Assembly: GCA_964010765.1 (NCBI GenBank)
Contig: CAXGMD010000010.1
Location: 1 to 62,203 of the forward strand
Source of the DNA: an uncultured bacterium
GTDB taxonomy: Bacteria; SAR324; NAC60-12
Length of the DNA stretch: 62,203 nt
Direction: 5' to 3'
Shown here: positions 1 through 9,726 of the stretch, one piece after another
How the letters are laid out: each line of letters opens with the position of its first letter
How positions within the stretch are numbered: position 1 is the stretch's first letter
Translations under genes and position numbers: made by a program
The notes under the pieces: generated by a model
The model's input: the letters and a program-made list of their open reading frames with translations, nothing else
Database searches by the model: none
Told to the model about the DNA's origin: nothing

Positions 1-740
1 TCACGAACGATCATGTGAACCCGCAACCCATAGTCGAGATTTCTCCCAAAACGTTGGGCCTGAGCGTGAGCGGCTCGCATTCTTTCTTTCAACGCATCCT
101 CTGGTTCCGGCCACATTAAATAGACATCACAGTGCTGGCCACAAAGTTGAAGTGCAGGCGGAGAATATCCACCAAAGTAGAGTAGCGGTCCCCCATTTTG
201 CTGAAAGGGTCGAGCGGGATCAGTGGTGAGCTTTTGAAATTGATAGAAACGACCTTCATAGTTAATTTCATCTTTGCTCCAGGCCTGTTTGAGAATCTCG
301 ACAACCTCCTTGGACCGTTCGTAACGATCTTCACTGGAGATCTTCTCTCCAGGCATGTCCGAGGAAATAATGTTGATCGTAAGGCGGCCCTTCATCATAT
401 GATCCATGGTAGCGACCGTTCTAGCTAACATGATTGGGTGCATTTCTCCACAGCGTACAGCTGTGAGTACGTTAATTTGACTGGTCAGAGGTGCTACGCC
501 GGAAGCGAATGTTAACGTATCTTGGCCAACTTGATAGGAGGAGGGACAAAGAATGTTGCCGAAACCCAGCTTTTCTGCAGTAAGTAAGACTTCACTGGTA
601 TTTTGCCAATTGCTGCGCAGTTGCCCATCTGGAACACCAAGATACCGGTAATCATCTGAACAAAGAGGGGCAAACCACGCCACTTCAACACGATCGAGAT
701 CAGCACTCTGGATGGGTACGACTGTTTGAGAATTGGACAT
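1..740 (-). CDS. smoC: LLM-class flavin-dependent monooxygenase, probable sulfoquinovose monooxygenase (3' end runs off the window; not in the ORF track)
   Basis: Manual translation from ATG at 740 is open to the window edge: MSNSQTVVPIQSADLDRVEVAWFAPLCSDDYRYLGVPDG...NILCPSSYQVGQDTL...AVRCGEMHPIMLARTVATMDHMMKGRLTINIISSD...QQNGGPLLYFGGYSP...CDVYLMWPE...LDYGLRVHMIVR. This closely resembles Agrobacterium SmoC as I recall it. Confidence 0.8.
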   Translation of the reverse strand, partial: MSNSQTVVPIQSADLDRVEVAWFAPLCSDDYRYLGVPDGQLRSNWQNTSEVLLTAEKLGFGNILCPSSYQVGQDTLTFASGVAPLTSQINVLTAVRCGEMHPIMLARTVATMDHMMKGRLTINIISSDMPGEKISSEDRYERSKEVVEILKQAWSKDEINYEGRFYQFQKLTTDPARPFQQNGGPLLYFGGYSPPALQLCGQHCDVYLMWPEPEDALKERMRAAHAQAQRFGRNLDYGLRVHMIVR

Positions 741-771
741 GATTTTAGCTAACTAGTTTTGTAGGTAAAAA

Positions 772-1911
772 ATGACGACTGAAAAACGGCCGCTTCAATA
801 TGGAATGATTGGATGCGGAATGATGGGCCAAGAGCACGTGCGAAATATGAAATTGCTGGATAGTGTTGAGTTGACGCATGCTTATGAGCCCGATGAGGGG
901 ATGCGAACACAGATGAAGCAACGAGTTCCTTCGATCCAATTTCATGAGAGCATAGAGGCATTGCTTCGGGAAACAGAAGTCGATGCTTGGGTGATTGCGA
1001 GTCCTAATTTTAGACATGCTGAGCAATTAGAATTGATCAGCAACCTGCAACCCAAGCCAACTTTGGTTGAGAAGCCCCTCTGCACATCTCCTCCGCAACT
1101 CCAAAAATTACTTCAACTGAAGAAGAATTTTCATTTTCCGATTTGGGTGGCGATGGAATATCGCTACATGCCCCCCTTGGCTGCTCTGCTTGAAGAGATT
1201 CGCAATCCTTCCTGTTTAGGTCAACTCAAAACACTCAGTATCCGCGAGCATCGCTTCCCATTTTTGGTCAAAGTGGGCAACTGGAATCGCTTCAATGCCA
1301 ACTCTGGGGGAACGCTTGTAGAAAAGTGCTGCCATTTTTTTGATCTGATGAACCTGATCACGCAAAGCCAAGCAACAAAGGTTTTTGCCTCAGGAGGAAT
1401 GGAAGTCAATCATCTTGATGAGAGTTACGCAGGACAGAAGCCAGATATTATTGACCAAGCCTTTGTGATTGTAGAGTTTGCAAATGGAATGAGGGCAACC
1501 CTTGACCTGTGCATGTTTGCAGAAGGATCTTTATTTCAGGAAGAGATTGCTGCAGTCGGAACAACAGGGAAGGTAGAATGTAAAATTCCTGGTCCAGAGC
1601 GATTCTGGCCAGAAGATTTGGGGGAACCACCCACACCGGAGTTGATCTTTAGCCCAAGATTTCCAAAAGGTGTTTCCAGAAAAGAAGTCACTGTAGACCC
1701 TCTGATTCTGGCAGCCGGAGATCATCATGGTTCAACTTTTTACCAGCACCAACGATTCCAGCAGGTAGTTTTTGGGAATGGGGAAATCGAAGTTGGTTTG
1801 GAAGATGGCGCCCGGGCTGTCCTGCTTGGATTAGCAGCTCAGGAGTCAATCAAGACAGGCCAGGCCATTTCTTTGGTAGAGGGCGCCTACTCGTTCGAGC
1901 AGTTTCTGTAA
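772..1911 (+). CDS. sqgA: Gfo/Idh/MocA-fold protein, probable GH188 NAD+-dependent sulfoquinovosidase
   Basis: Rossmann GCGMMG, EKP, MEYRY, REHRFPFLVK (R-x3-L-x-K sulfonate-binding pattern), EKCCHFFD and DHHGS motifs; divergent from the SmoC-like gene. Confidence 0.75.
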   Translation: MTTEKRPLQYGMIGCGMMGQEHVRNMKLLDSVELTHAYEPDEGMRTQMKQRVPSIQFHESIEALLRETEVDAWVIASPNFRHAEQLELISNLQPKPTLVEKPLCTSPPQLQKLLQLKKNFHFPIWVAMEYRYMPPLAALLEEIRNPSCLGQLKTLSIREHRFPFLVKVGNWNRFNANSGGTLVEKCCHFFDLMNLITQSQATKVFASGGMEVNHLDESYAGQKPDIIDQAFVIVEFANGMRATLDLCMFAEGSLFQEEIAAVGTTGKVECKIPGPERFWPEDLGEPPTPELIFSPRFPKGVSRKEVTVDPLILAAGDHHGSTFYQHQRFQQVVFGNGEIEVGLEDGARAVLLGLAAQESIKTGQAISLVEGAYSFEQFL

Positions 1912-1959
1912 TTTAGTACTCAGTAATCATTGATCACGAAGAACACTGCACTGACTTTG

Positions 1960-2991
1960 TCAGTCCGCCACAATCTGAACTTTCATAGAAACTGTTTTAT
2001 CGAAAGCCAACTGGAGAGCTTTGGCTGCTTCGGCAATCGGAAATCGACCAGTTAGGATCGGTTTTACGTTCAATCTTTGATTCTCAAGCAATCGGACGGC
2101 TCTTGAAAACACGTTGCCAAATCGCATAGAACCTCTGATGTCCAATTCTTTGACCATGATCTGATTGGCAAAAAGATGAATTCCCTCAACAGGAAGTGTT
2201 CCTACTTGCACTATTGTGCCGCCGCGACGAACTAGCTCAATACAGTTGCCAAGGGCAGATGCTGCCCCAGAAACCTCAAAAGCTACATCAAATTCATTAA
2301 TTAACTCAGGAGAAGGTGCTGCTGATGGTTTCACGCAAAGCGTTTGATCAGCCCCAACTTTTCGGGCAATTGCCAATGGTTCCTCCAGCAGGTCAACAAT
2401 CGTGACTTGTTCTGCCCCATCCAGCTTGGCGGCAAGTAAAACCATACATCCGATCGTTCCCGAGCCACTGATTAAGACTCTCTTCCCACACAAGTTACCT
2501 GCCCGGTTGACTGCGTGAAGTCCCACAGAGAGTGGTTCTGACAATGCCAACTCTTCGAGAGAAACCTGTTTTGAAACAGGAATACACTGCTTTGCTGAAA
2601 TTAAAAAATACTCCCGAAACATTCCCTGGGCATGTGGAAAAACACTTGCGCTCCCAAGAAAAAACATACTGTCACATAGATTTTCACGCCCTTCCCGACA
2701 TCGAGAACACTCTCCGCAGGGGTGAGAGGGATTAATCGCAACCCGTTGTCCTTCTTCAAGACCAGTGACATTAGCGCCCAGAGCTGCAATCACCCCAGAT
2801 GCCTCGTGACCGGGGATCAAGGGTTCTTGAATTTTAAATTTACCAATCTGTCCGTGCCGAAAATAGTGCATATCAGAACCACAGATTCCTGCGGCTCCCA
2901 TCTTCACTAATGCCTGATCGTGTCCAGGTTGTGGACAAGGAACATCTTCAATTCTCAGGTCTTCCGCTCCGTGAATGCTACATTGCAGCAA
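1960..2991 (-). CDS. idnD: Zn-dependent L-idonate 5-dehydrogenase-like protein
   Basis: GICGSDMHY, GHE, structural-Zn CxxCxxC...C, FFLGSASVFPHAQG, GSGTIG, RGSMRF. Confidence 0.75.
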   Translation of the reverse strand: MLQCSIHGAEDLRIEDVPCPQPGHDQALVKMGAAGICGSDMHYFRHGQIGKFKIQEPLIPGHEASGVIAALGANVTGLEEGQRVAINPSHPCGECSRCREGRENLCDSMFFLGSASVFPHAQGMFREYFLISAKQCIPVSKQVSLEELALSEPLSVGLHAVNRAGNLCGKRVLISGSGTIGCMVLLAAKLDGAEQVTIVDLLEEPLAIARKVGADQTLCVKPSAAPSPELINEFDVAFEVSGAASALGNCIELVRRGGTIVQVGTLPVEGIHLFANQIMVKELDIRGSMRFGNVFSRAVRLLENQRLNVKPILTGRFPIAEAAKALQLAFDKTVSMKVQIVAD

Positions 2992-3018
2992 GGGGCCTCC
3001 TAAAGTTGAACTTTGTAT

Positions 3019-4425
3019 TTATCGATAAAGCATCGTTGGTAGCCACAGCACTATTTCTGGGACGTAGGTTATTATCAATAGGGCACCTATCAACGGTATG
3101 AACCATGGCAGCACGGCCTGAACGGTTTCCTCAAAGGTTTGGTTAGAAATCTTGGCCATAATGTAGAGAACCATGCCGATTGGTGGAGTCAACAACCCAA
3201 TCATTAGATTGAGAACCATCACCAGGCCGAAGTGAACGGGATCTATCCCCAAACTCCCAAGAATCGGCATGAACACGGGAACTAGTATTGTAATCGCTGC
3301 GATCGTCTCCATGAAGCAACCTATAAACAACAAAAAGACATTCGCCATCAGCAAGAATACCAAGGGATTGTCGCTGATCGAAAGGACCCATTGTGCAATT
3401 TGTGAGGTGACTTGAGTGGTAGTCAATACCCAAGCAAAGATGGAAGCGCTGGCCACAATGAAAAGCACGGTCGCTGTGGTTTCGATTGTTTCCATCGAAA
3501 TCTTGATCAACATCTTCCAGGTCAAAGATCGATACCATACCAAGCCTAGGAAGAGGGACCAGGCAACCGCAGCAACTGCAGCTTCCGTGGGAGTGAAGAG
3601 GCCAGATGCCATGCCACCGATCAAAATCACCGGGGTCATCAACGCCATAAAGGCTTCTAACCTCAGAAATTTATCAATAGCCATTAACCCCAAGAATGGG
3701 GCTCCAAATTTCCAAATTCCCCCAAGTTCTTCATCCTGCCAAAGATGAAACAGAAAATAAGCCGCGACCAGTAGGATGACTAGTTCTAGGAATGCTTTCC
3801 CCATTTTCAACCAATTGAGGGCAGCATCTCTTCCGTAGTGTTGGGAGTAAGAAAAGTAAGTGACCATGCCCATCATCAACAGGGTCATGACCAAACCTGG
3901 AATGAAACCTCCGGTAAACAACTGTCCAATCGAAACATTGGCCTGAACCCCATAGATCACCATCGGCAAGGATGGAGGTATGATCGGTCCAATCGTAGCC
4001 GAGGCAGCTGTCACCCCAACAGCAAACTTGGTGGGGTAGCCGTTATCTTTCATGGCTTTGATTTCAATAGTCCCGAGTCCACCTGCGTCAGCGATGGCAG
4101 CGCCAGACATCCCCGAGAAAATCACTGAAGCAAGAATGTTCACATGCCCCAGACCGCCCTTGAGCCAGCCAACCAGAGACAAAGCGAAATGAAAAATACG
4201 ATTAGTGACCCCTGCCGAATTCATCAAATTTCCGGCAAGGATGAAGAAGGGAACTGCAAGTAGGGGAAAGCTGTCCACCCCACCTACCATTCTGTGTACC
4301 AGGGTTAGTGGAGGAATGGTTCCAGAAAACCAAATATACATCAGGGAACCGATGCACATTGCAATTGCGATCGGAATCCCCAAGGACATGGAAGAAAGGA
4401 AAGAAAGAAAAAGCAGGGCGTTCAT
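3019..4425 (-). CDS. dctM: TRAP transporter large permease
   Basis: LLAVPFFILAGNLMN, FSGMSGAAIADA, IGPIIPPS, FTPTEAA, GIDPVHFG, GLLTPPIG. Confidence 0.95.
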   Translation of the reverse strand: MNALLFLSFLSSMSLGIPIAIAMCIGSLMYIWFSGTIPPLTLVHRMVGGVDSFPLLAVPFFILAGNLMNSAGVTNRIFHFALSLVGWLKGGLGHVNILASVIFSGMSGAAIADAGGLGTIEIKAMKDNGYPTKFAVGVTAASATIGPIIPPSLPMVIYGVQANVSIGQLFTGGFIPGLVMTLLMMGMVTYFSYSQHYGRDAALNWLKMGKAFLELVILLVAAYFLFHLWQDEELGGIWKFGAPFLGLMAIDKFLRLEAFMALMTPVILIGGMASGLFTPTEAAVAAVAWSLFLGLVWYRSLTWKMLIKISMETIETTATVLFIVASASIFAWVLTTTQVTSQIAQWVLSISDNPLVFLLMANVFLLFIGCFMETIAAITILVPVFMPILGSLGIDPVHFGLVMVLNLMIGLLTPPIGMVLYIMAKISNQTFEETVQAVLPWFIPLIGALLIITYVPEIVLWLPTMLYR

Positions 4426-4428
4426 AGG

Positions 4429-4995
4429 TTAGTTCTCGATTTCTCCAGGACGTTCCAAAGAACTCGAGCCCTGTCGCTGATGACGAATTGCTACCTGAAC
4501 GGAGCGAAAAGTCATCATTACAAAACCAAAAGTGACGAATCCATAGACGTAGCTCATAGGAAAGTCAATTACCGTCATGTTGAGGTTGTGCATTCTCGGC
4601 ACAAGAGTGTACGAAACCCAACTTGCGTAAGCCAGAAAGGCAATTCGCACAAGATCAACGATAGTGGAAAGTGAGCGTCCAACTTTCGCTGGGACAAGTC
4701 TATAAATAAATTCGACGTGAATGTGAGTGTTGCGGCGGACTGCCATCGATGCGCCCAGAAAGGTCACCCCGATCAGAAGATAACGAGCGATTTCTTCCGT
4801 CCATCCTGCTGAGTCTGACAAGACGTAGCGAGTAAAGAACTGGTAAAAGACCGTAATGGCTAATAACCAAAACACCACAAAGGTCAGCCAGTCTTCCCAA
4901 CGGTAAACACTCAGGTCGACTGGCTCATCGGTGGCGTGAAATTGTCCAGAATGGTCAGAATTGTCCAATGTGGAAATTTTTTCACTAGATAACAT
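4429..4995 (-). CDS. dctQ: TRAP transporter small permease
   Basis: Four TM segments, WTEEIARYL and HIHVEF motifs; lies between dctP and dctM. Confidence 0.93.
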   Translation of the reverse strand: MLSSEKISTLDNSDHSGQFHATDEPVDLSVYRWEDWLTFVVFWLLAITVFYQFFTRYVLSDSAGWTEEIARYLLIGVTFLGASMAVRRNTHIHVEFIYRLVPAKVGRSLSTIVDLVRIAFLAYASWVSYTLVPRMHNLNMTVIDFPMSYVYGFVTFGFVMMTFRSVQVAIRHQRQGSSSLERPGEIEN

Positions 4996-5000
4996 GGGAA

Positions 5001-5975
5001 TCAGCGGATTGCCTGAATTTTATCCCAATCAGATTTGTCGTAGCCCATTGAAGCAATAGGTACTGCCATCAGAACCGCCTTTTGGAAGCTGTCTCGGTCT
5101 ACGTCCGTAACGGTCAAACCTCGCTCTCGAAAGACTGCTGCCAACTTGGCTTCCCGGTCCATGATTTCCTGGCTGGCTTTCTGAGCTGCCTCACGAGTGA
5201 TATTTGTGAAGAGTGTCTTCTCAGCTGCACTCAGGTTGTTCCAAATATGAGGTGCGACCTGTGTTGCCACTGCATCCACGATATGGCCGGTCAGCATGAT
5301 ATGCTTTTGAACTTCGTAGAACTTCTTGGCATCAATGGTGGGAAGCGGATTCTCTTGGGCCTCAACCGTTCCACTTTGCAGGGCCAAGTAGACCTCGGAG
5401 AAGGCAATTGGAGTCGGATTGGCTCCACAAGCCTTCGGCATGGCCATGTAGGCAGGCACATCAGGTACTCGAATCTTCAAATTCTTCATTCCTGCGCAGT
5501 CACTGAACTGTCGGTTTGAAGTTGTGTGGCGTGCCCCGTAGTAGGTCATCGCTGTGATGTGGATCCCCGTTTTCTTCTCATACATTCCAGCCAACTCTGC
5601 AAAACCATCACTCTTTGACCAGGCCAGTAGATGATTCCCGTCGCGGAATGTGAATGGGTAGTATCCAACACCAATTCTTGGAACACTTCTGGCCGCAAAT
5701 GATAAACCGGAGATAATCATATCAACGGTCCCGAGTTGCATTCCCTGGTTGATGTCGGTTTCTTTACCAAGAGAAGAAGCGGGATAGACTTCAACCTTGT
5801 ATTTGCCGTTGGTCTGCTTCTCAATTTGCTCCCCGGCCCAAACAGACCAGGTGTGGTAAGGCTCTGAAGTCTCATAAACATGAGCCCATTTAAGTGTAGT
5901 TTGTGCGAGTAGGGTGGCACTGCTCAAACCTAGGGCGACGACCGTCGTCATCGTAACCTTCAACCATTTTTTCAT
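5001..5975 (-). CDS. dctP: TRAP substrate-binding protein (SiaP/DctP family; sugar acid likely)
   Basis: Signal peptide, LKIRVP with the carboxylate-binding Arg, FSEVYLALQSGTVEAQENP, KFYEVQK. Confidence 0.93.
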   Translation of the reverse strand: MKKWLKVTMTTVVALGLSSATLLAQTTLKWAHVYETSEPYHTWSVWAGEQIEKQTNGKYKVEVYPASSLGKETDINQGMQLGTVDMIISGLSFAARSVPRIGVGYYPFTFRDGNHLLAWSKSDGFAELAGMYEKKTGIHITAMTYYGARHTTSNRQFSDCAGMKNLKIRVPDVPAYMAMPKACGANPTPIAFSEVYLALQSGTVEAQENPLPTIDAKKFYEVQKHIMLTGHIVDAVATQVAPHIWNNLSAAEKTLFTNITREAAQKASQEIMDREAKLAAVFRERGLTVTDVDRDSFQKAVLMAVPIASMGYDKSDWDKIQAIR

Positions 5976-6091
5976 GAGAATTCTCCTTCATTGGTGGCAG
6001 GGAGACTTGATGGTTTGAGCCTCCCTAGATTCATGATTACGAATTCTGCCTACGTTCATGCATGCAGAAAAACGTGTCTCTCATATATTAG

Positions 6092-6112
6092 TGATTGACT
6101 TAAAGTCAATCA
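6092..6112. promoter_or_regulatory. Inverted repeat in the dctP/manD divergent intergenic region (candidate operator or back-to-back -35 elements)
   Basis: TGATTGACTT-A-AAGTCAATCA, perfect 10-bp arms, each containing TTGACT. Confidence 0.5.
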
Positions 6113-6164
6113 AAAACTACTGATTAGGATGAATTTGTATCTTTCTTAAACTGAGGAGACGAGT

Positions 6165-7373
6165 ATGAAAATTACTGAAGCCCGTGTGATTGTGACCTGT
6201 CCAGGGCGGAACTTTGTGACCCTGAAAATTTTCACAGATGAGGGAATTTATGGTCTTGGAGATGCCACCTTAAATGGAAGGGAACTATCGGTAGTATCGT
6301 ACCTTCAAGACCATGTGGCTCCTTGTCTGATCGGACGTGACCCTCAGCAGATTGAGGATATTTGGCAATATCTCTATCGAGGAGCTTATTGGCGTAGGGG
6401 GCCTGTGACCATGACAGCAATCGCTGCGGTGGATACAGCTCTTTGGGATCTGAAAGGCAAGATTGCCAATCTTCCATTGTATCAATTGCTGGGAGGTAGA
6501 AGCCGAACGGGTGTTTTGGTCTATGGACATGCCAACGGTGCGGATCTTTCCTCTACGATTGATGAAGTGGGTCGTTACCGCGAGATGGGTTACAAGGCTA
6601 TCCGGGCACAATCCGGTATTCCTGGACTGGATAGTACATACGGGGTCTCGAAGGATCGAATGTTTTATGAACCGGCAGACAATGACTTACCCACCGAAAA
6701 TTTCTGGTCTACACCCAAGTATCTCGATTTTGTTCCTAGGCTGTTTGAAAAGTTGAGAGAGGTCTATGGGCCAGAGCCACACTTCCTACATGATGTCCAT
6801 CATCGTTTGACTCCGCTCGAAGCTGCACAGTTAGGGAAGATGCTTGAGCCCTATCGAATGTTCTGGCTCGAAGACACGGTGCCTGCAGAGAATCAAGAGG
6901 GCTTTCGGTTAATTCGCCAGCATACCACCACTCCCCTCGCAGTGGGTGAAGTGTTTAATACGATTTGGGACTGTAAAACCTTGCTGCAGGAACAGCTTGT
7001 GGACTATATCCGAACGACAATTGTGCACGCTGGGGGGATCACACACTTGAAAAGAATTGCTGATCTTGCGGGTCTGCATCACGTTCGCACTGGCAGCCAT
7101 GGTGCAACAGATCTCTCACCTGTATGTATGGGGGCTGCGTTGCACTTTGACACCTGGGTGCCGAACTTTGGGATTCAGGAATACATGCGACATACCGAAG
7201 AGACCGATGCGGTTTTTCCTCATGACTACCGATTCGAGGATGGTTTTCTCTATTGTGGGGAGAGCCCAGGTCATGGGGTAGATATTGACGAGACCTTGGC
7301 CGAGAAATATCCTTACCAACGAGCATTCCTTCCGGTAAATCGGCTTGAAGATGGGACGATGTGGAATTGGTGA
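6165..7373 (+). CDS. manD: D-mannonate dehydratase (enolase superfamily, ManD/RspA subgroup)
   Basis: [55 protein letters not shown]-terminal [19 protein letters not shown]. Confidence 0.93.
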   Translation: MKITEARVIVTCPGRNFVTLKIFTDEGIYGLGDATLNGRELSVVSYLQDHVAPCLIGRDPQQIEDIWQYLYRGAYWRRGPVTMTAIAAVDTALWDLKGKIANLPLYQLLGGRSRTGVLVYGHANGADLSSTIDEVGRYREMGYKAIRAQSGIPGLDSTYGVSKDRMFYEPADNDLPTENFWSTPKYLDFVPRLFEKLREVYGPEPHFLHDVHHRLTPLEAAQLGKMLEPYRMFWLEDTVPAENQEGFRLIRQHTTTPLAVGEVFNTIWDCKTLLQEQLVDYIRTTIVHAGGITHLKRIADLAGLHHVRTGSHGATDLSPVCMGAALHFDTWVPNFGIQEYMRHTEETDAVFPHDYRFEDGFLYCGESPGHGVDIDETLAEKYPYQRAFLPVNRLEDGTMWNW

Positions 7374-7383
7374 GATGATTTTT

Positions 7384-7433
7384 GCCACTCAGGAGGATCA
7401 GACTTTAGATAATCGAGTGATCCTCTGAGTGGC
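7384..7433. terminator. Long hairpin between convergent manD and denD
   Basis: GCCACTCAG-g-AGGATCA...TGATCCT-CTGAGTGGC; no clear U-tract on either strand. Confidence 0.45.
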
Positions 7434-7492
7434 TCTTACTGGTAAATCTTTGGAAGAAAAAATTACATGGGATAAAACGACATCAACAATGC

Positions 7493-8467
7493 TCAGGAGG
7501 TAGCGCCCAGTTCCTCTTCCATGTAAATTTTGATAATTTCATCAAAGTTGTTTTCTGCTTTGAAGCCCAGTGATCTCGCTTTTTCAGCCTCAAATGACTG
7601 AGGCCAACTGTAAACCAACTTCTCGATGAAAGGATCTGGCTCTCGTCGAATCAATTCGACAGCTTCCTTACCTGCAGCACGCTCCAGCGCTTCGATTTGT
7701 TCCTTAACACTCGCACACAAACCCGGCAAAGTTAGGTTGCAGTCCCAACCCACCAATTCCAGGTCAATAGTAGCTGCGTGTAAGAAAAAACCAACAGCAG
7801 CTCTTGGGCTGGCGTGCCAATGACGTACATCATCTGACACAGGCAAGACAGCTTCCTTACCGTTCAATGGCTCTCGAAGAATTCCTGAGAAAAAACTAGA
7901 TGCTGCTTTGTTGGGCAATCCAGGCCTGATGCAGATTGTGGGTAGTCGAAGTCCAATTCCCTGAAGAATTCCTCGTCTGGAATAATCGGCCAGCAATAAC
8001 TCACCTATTGCTTTCTGAGTTCCATAGCTACTCAGGGGGGTTCGGTGATGGGTATCGGGGATCGGATCTGGAAATGGAACACCGAACACAGCGATTGATG
8101 AGGTGAAGATCACTCTCGGACAATAATCCGTTTGGGCCCGGATCGCTTCCAGCAAATATCGGGTACTGTCAAGGTTGACACGATAGCCTTTCTCAAAATC
8201 AGCTTCTGCTTCTCCAGAGACGACAGCAGCCAAATGGAAAATAAAATCAGGTCTTTGTTGAATTAGGGTTTCAGCAGAGTCTGGATCTCCCATATCCATC
8301 GCGTGTTCAGCGTAGGCCCCTTCAAATTTAGGTAGTCCCTTTGGGGTTGTGATGTCAGCAAGGGTCAGTTTAGTAATTTCATGTTCACCAATCCTTTGGT
8401 CTTGAATCAGTCGCTGGGCTAATTTGCGGCCCAACATTCCAGCTCCACCAGTGATCAATACATGCAT
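7493..8467 (-). CDS. denD: Extended SDR, D-erythronate dehydrogenase-like
   Basis: ITGGAGMLG, HLAAVVSGEAEADF, SSYGTQK (YxxxK), RLPTICIRPG-PNKAASSF. Confidence 0.75.
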   Translation of the reverse strand: MHVLITGGAGMLGRKLAQRLIQDQRIGEHEITKLTLADITTPKGLPKFEGAYAEHAMDMGDPDSAETLIQQRPDFIFHLAAVVSGEAEADFEKGYRVNLDSTRYLLEAIRAQTDYCPRVIFTSSIAVFGVPFPDPIPDTHHRTPLSSYGTQKAIGELLLADYSRRGILQGIGLRLPTICIRPGLPNKAASSFFSGILREPLNGKEAVLPVSDDVRHWHASPRAAVGFFLHAATIDLELVGWDCNLTLPGLCASVKEQIEALERAAGKEAVELIRREPDPFIEKLVYSWPQSFEAEKARSLGFKAENNFDEIIKIYMEEELGATS

Positions 8468-8655
8468 GTTTCAAGGTTAGAAAATAGGGTTATGATCTAG
8501 CCGTGTATAAGAAATTGGGATGTACCAAATTCCTTTTATTCACAGGGAAAAACTTCTTGGATAAGTACCCTTTGGGCTCCAGAAATACTGATGCGCATGT
8601 TGATCTCATCAGGGAGACTAGTCAACGTATTTGTACGAATTCTTGAAAAATTTAC

Positions 8656-9531
8656 TCAGGTGTTTTTCCATTTTTTGAGATCGACATTTGATGAGACCAT
8701 GAGGATGCCGAAGAGAATCATAGCACCACCAAACCATACCTTTGGACCGGGTTCGTCTCCCCAGAAGATGATTCCCATCAACACAGCGAAGATGGGAGTC
8801 AGGAGGTAGTATGGAGTGATGCGACTGACAGGTTGTTCCTGTAACAACCAGAAGTTGATTCCATGACCGATGATCGAGGAGAAAATAACGGCATGCAGCA
8901 CGGAGATCCAATTAATCCAAGTAGCAGATTCAATCTTTTGCCAATGATTTTCTTCAACCAACAGTGACAGGAAAAATATCGGCAATATTCCACATAGGCC
9001 TGTCCAAGCCTGCAGGGTCAATGGGTTAATTCCCTTCAGATTGTGGCGAACCATCAAACTGCAAATTGCCATCACCGCGGTTGCAGCCAGCATGATCACC
9101 ATCGAATCAAGTTGTGTGAAAATCACAGGGTCAAAGCTCATCACAGCAAATCCTAGAAAGGCGATACCTATTCCCAAACCGACACTCCAGGTGAGTTCTT
9201 CTTTCAGAAAAATCAAAGCTAGTATGGCTGAGATCGGAATGTAGGCTTGGGAAGCGAGGGCTAGGGACGCGATATCAACAGCCAGATGAAATGAAGTCAT
9301 GCCTAAGCCAAAGTGCAAAATTCCCATCAAACAAGTGACCTGCAAAAATGCTTTTCGATTCTCTCTGGGGAATCCTCTCAGGAAGGGAAGAAGCAATAGG
9401 ACTAACCCTGCATAGCGAATGCTTAGTGACAAGTAGGGACCGAAATGTACGACATTCATTTTGATGGAGAGGAATCCGGAGCCCCAGGCCAGGTTCACTA
9501 CGATAATGGCCCACCAGTGCTTCAGTAACAA
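8656..9531 (-). CDS. DMT/EamA family transporter
   Basis: About 10 hydrophobic segments in two repeats; WGSGF and LLTPIFAVLMG...GDE patterns. Confidence 0.85.
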   Translation of the reverse strand: MLLKHWWAIIVVNLAWGSGFLSIKMNVVHFGPYLSLSIRYAGLVLLLLPFLRGFPRENRKAFLQVTCLMGILHFGLGMTSFHLAVDIASLALASQAYIPISAILALIFLKEELTWSVGLGIGIAFLGFAVMSFDPVIFTQLDSMVIMLAATAVMAICSLMVRHNLKGINPLTLQAWTGLCGILPIFFLSLLVEENHWQKIESATWINWISVLHAVIFSSIIGHGINFWLLQEQPVSRITPYYLLTPIFAVLMGIIFWGDEPGPKVWFGGAMILFGILMVSSNVDLKKWKNT

Positions 9532-9726
9532 TCTGTTCCAATTTTTAAGGGAGGCAGAGTTCGCAAGGTCAATTCGGAAGGTTCAAATTGAGGTCGAAAA
9601 GATGACTGTAAATTCAAGAGATCGTCGAGTTCTTCTAAGCGGGTTTGACATTACCCGGGAACAGTGTTTTGTTGGAGAACTTTTTCGCATTTCATAAAAA
9701 ATGAGCCAACCACTTTAGGAAGCTTA

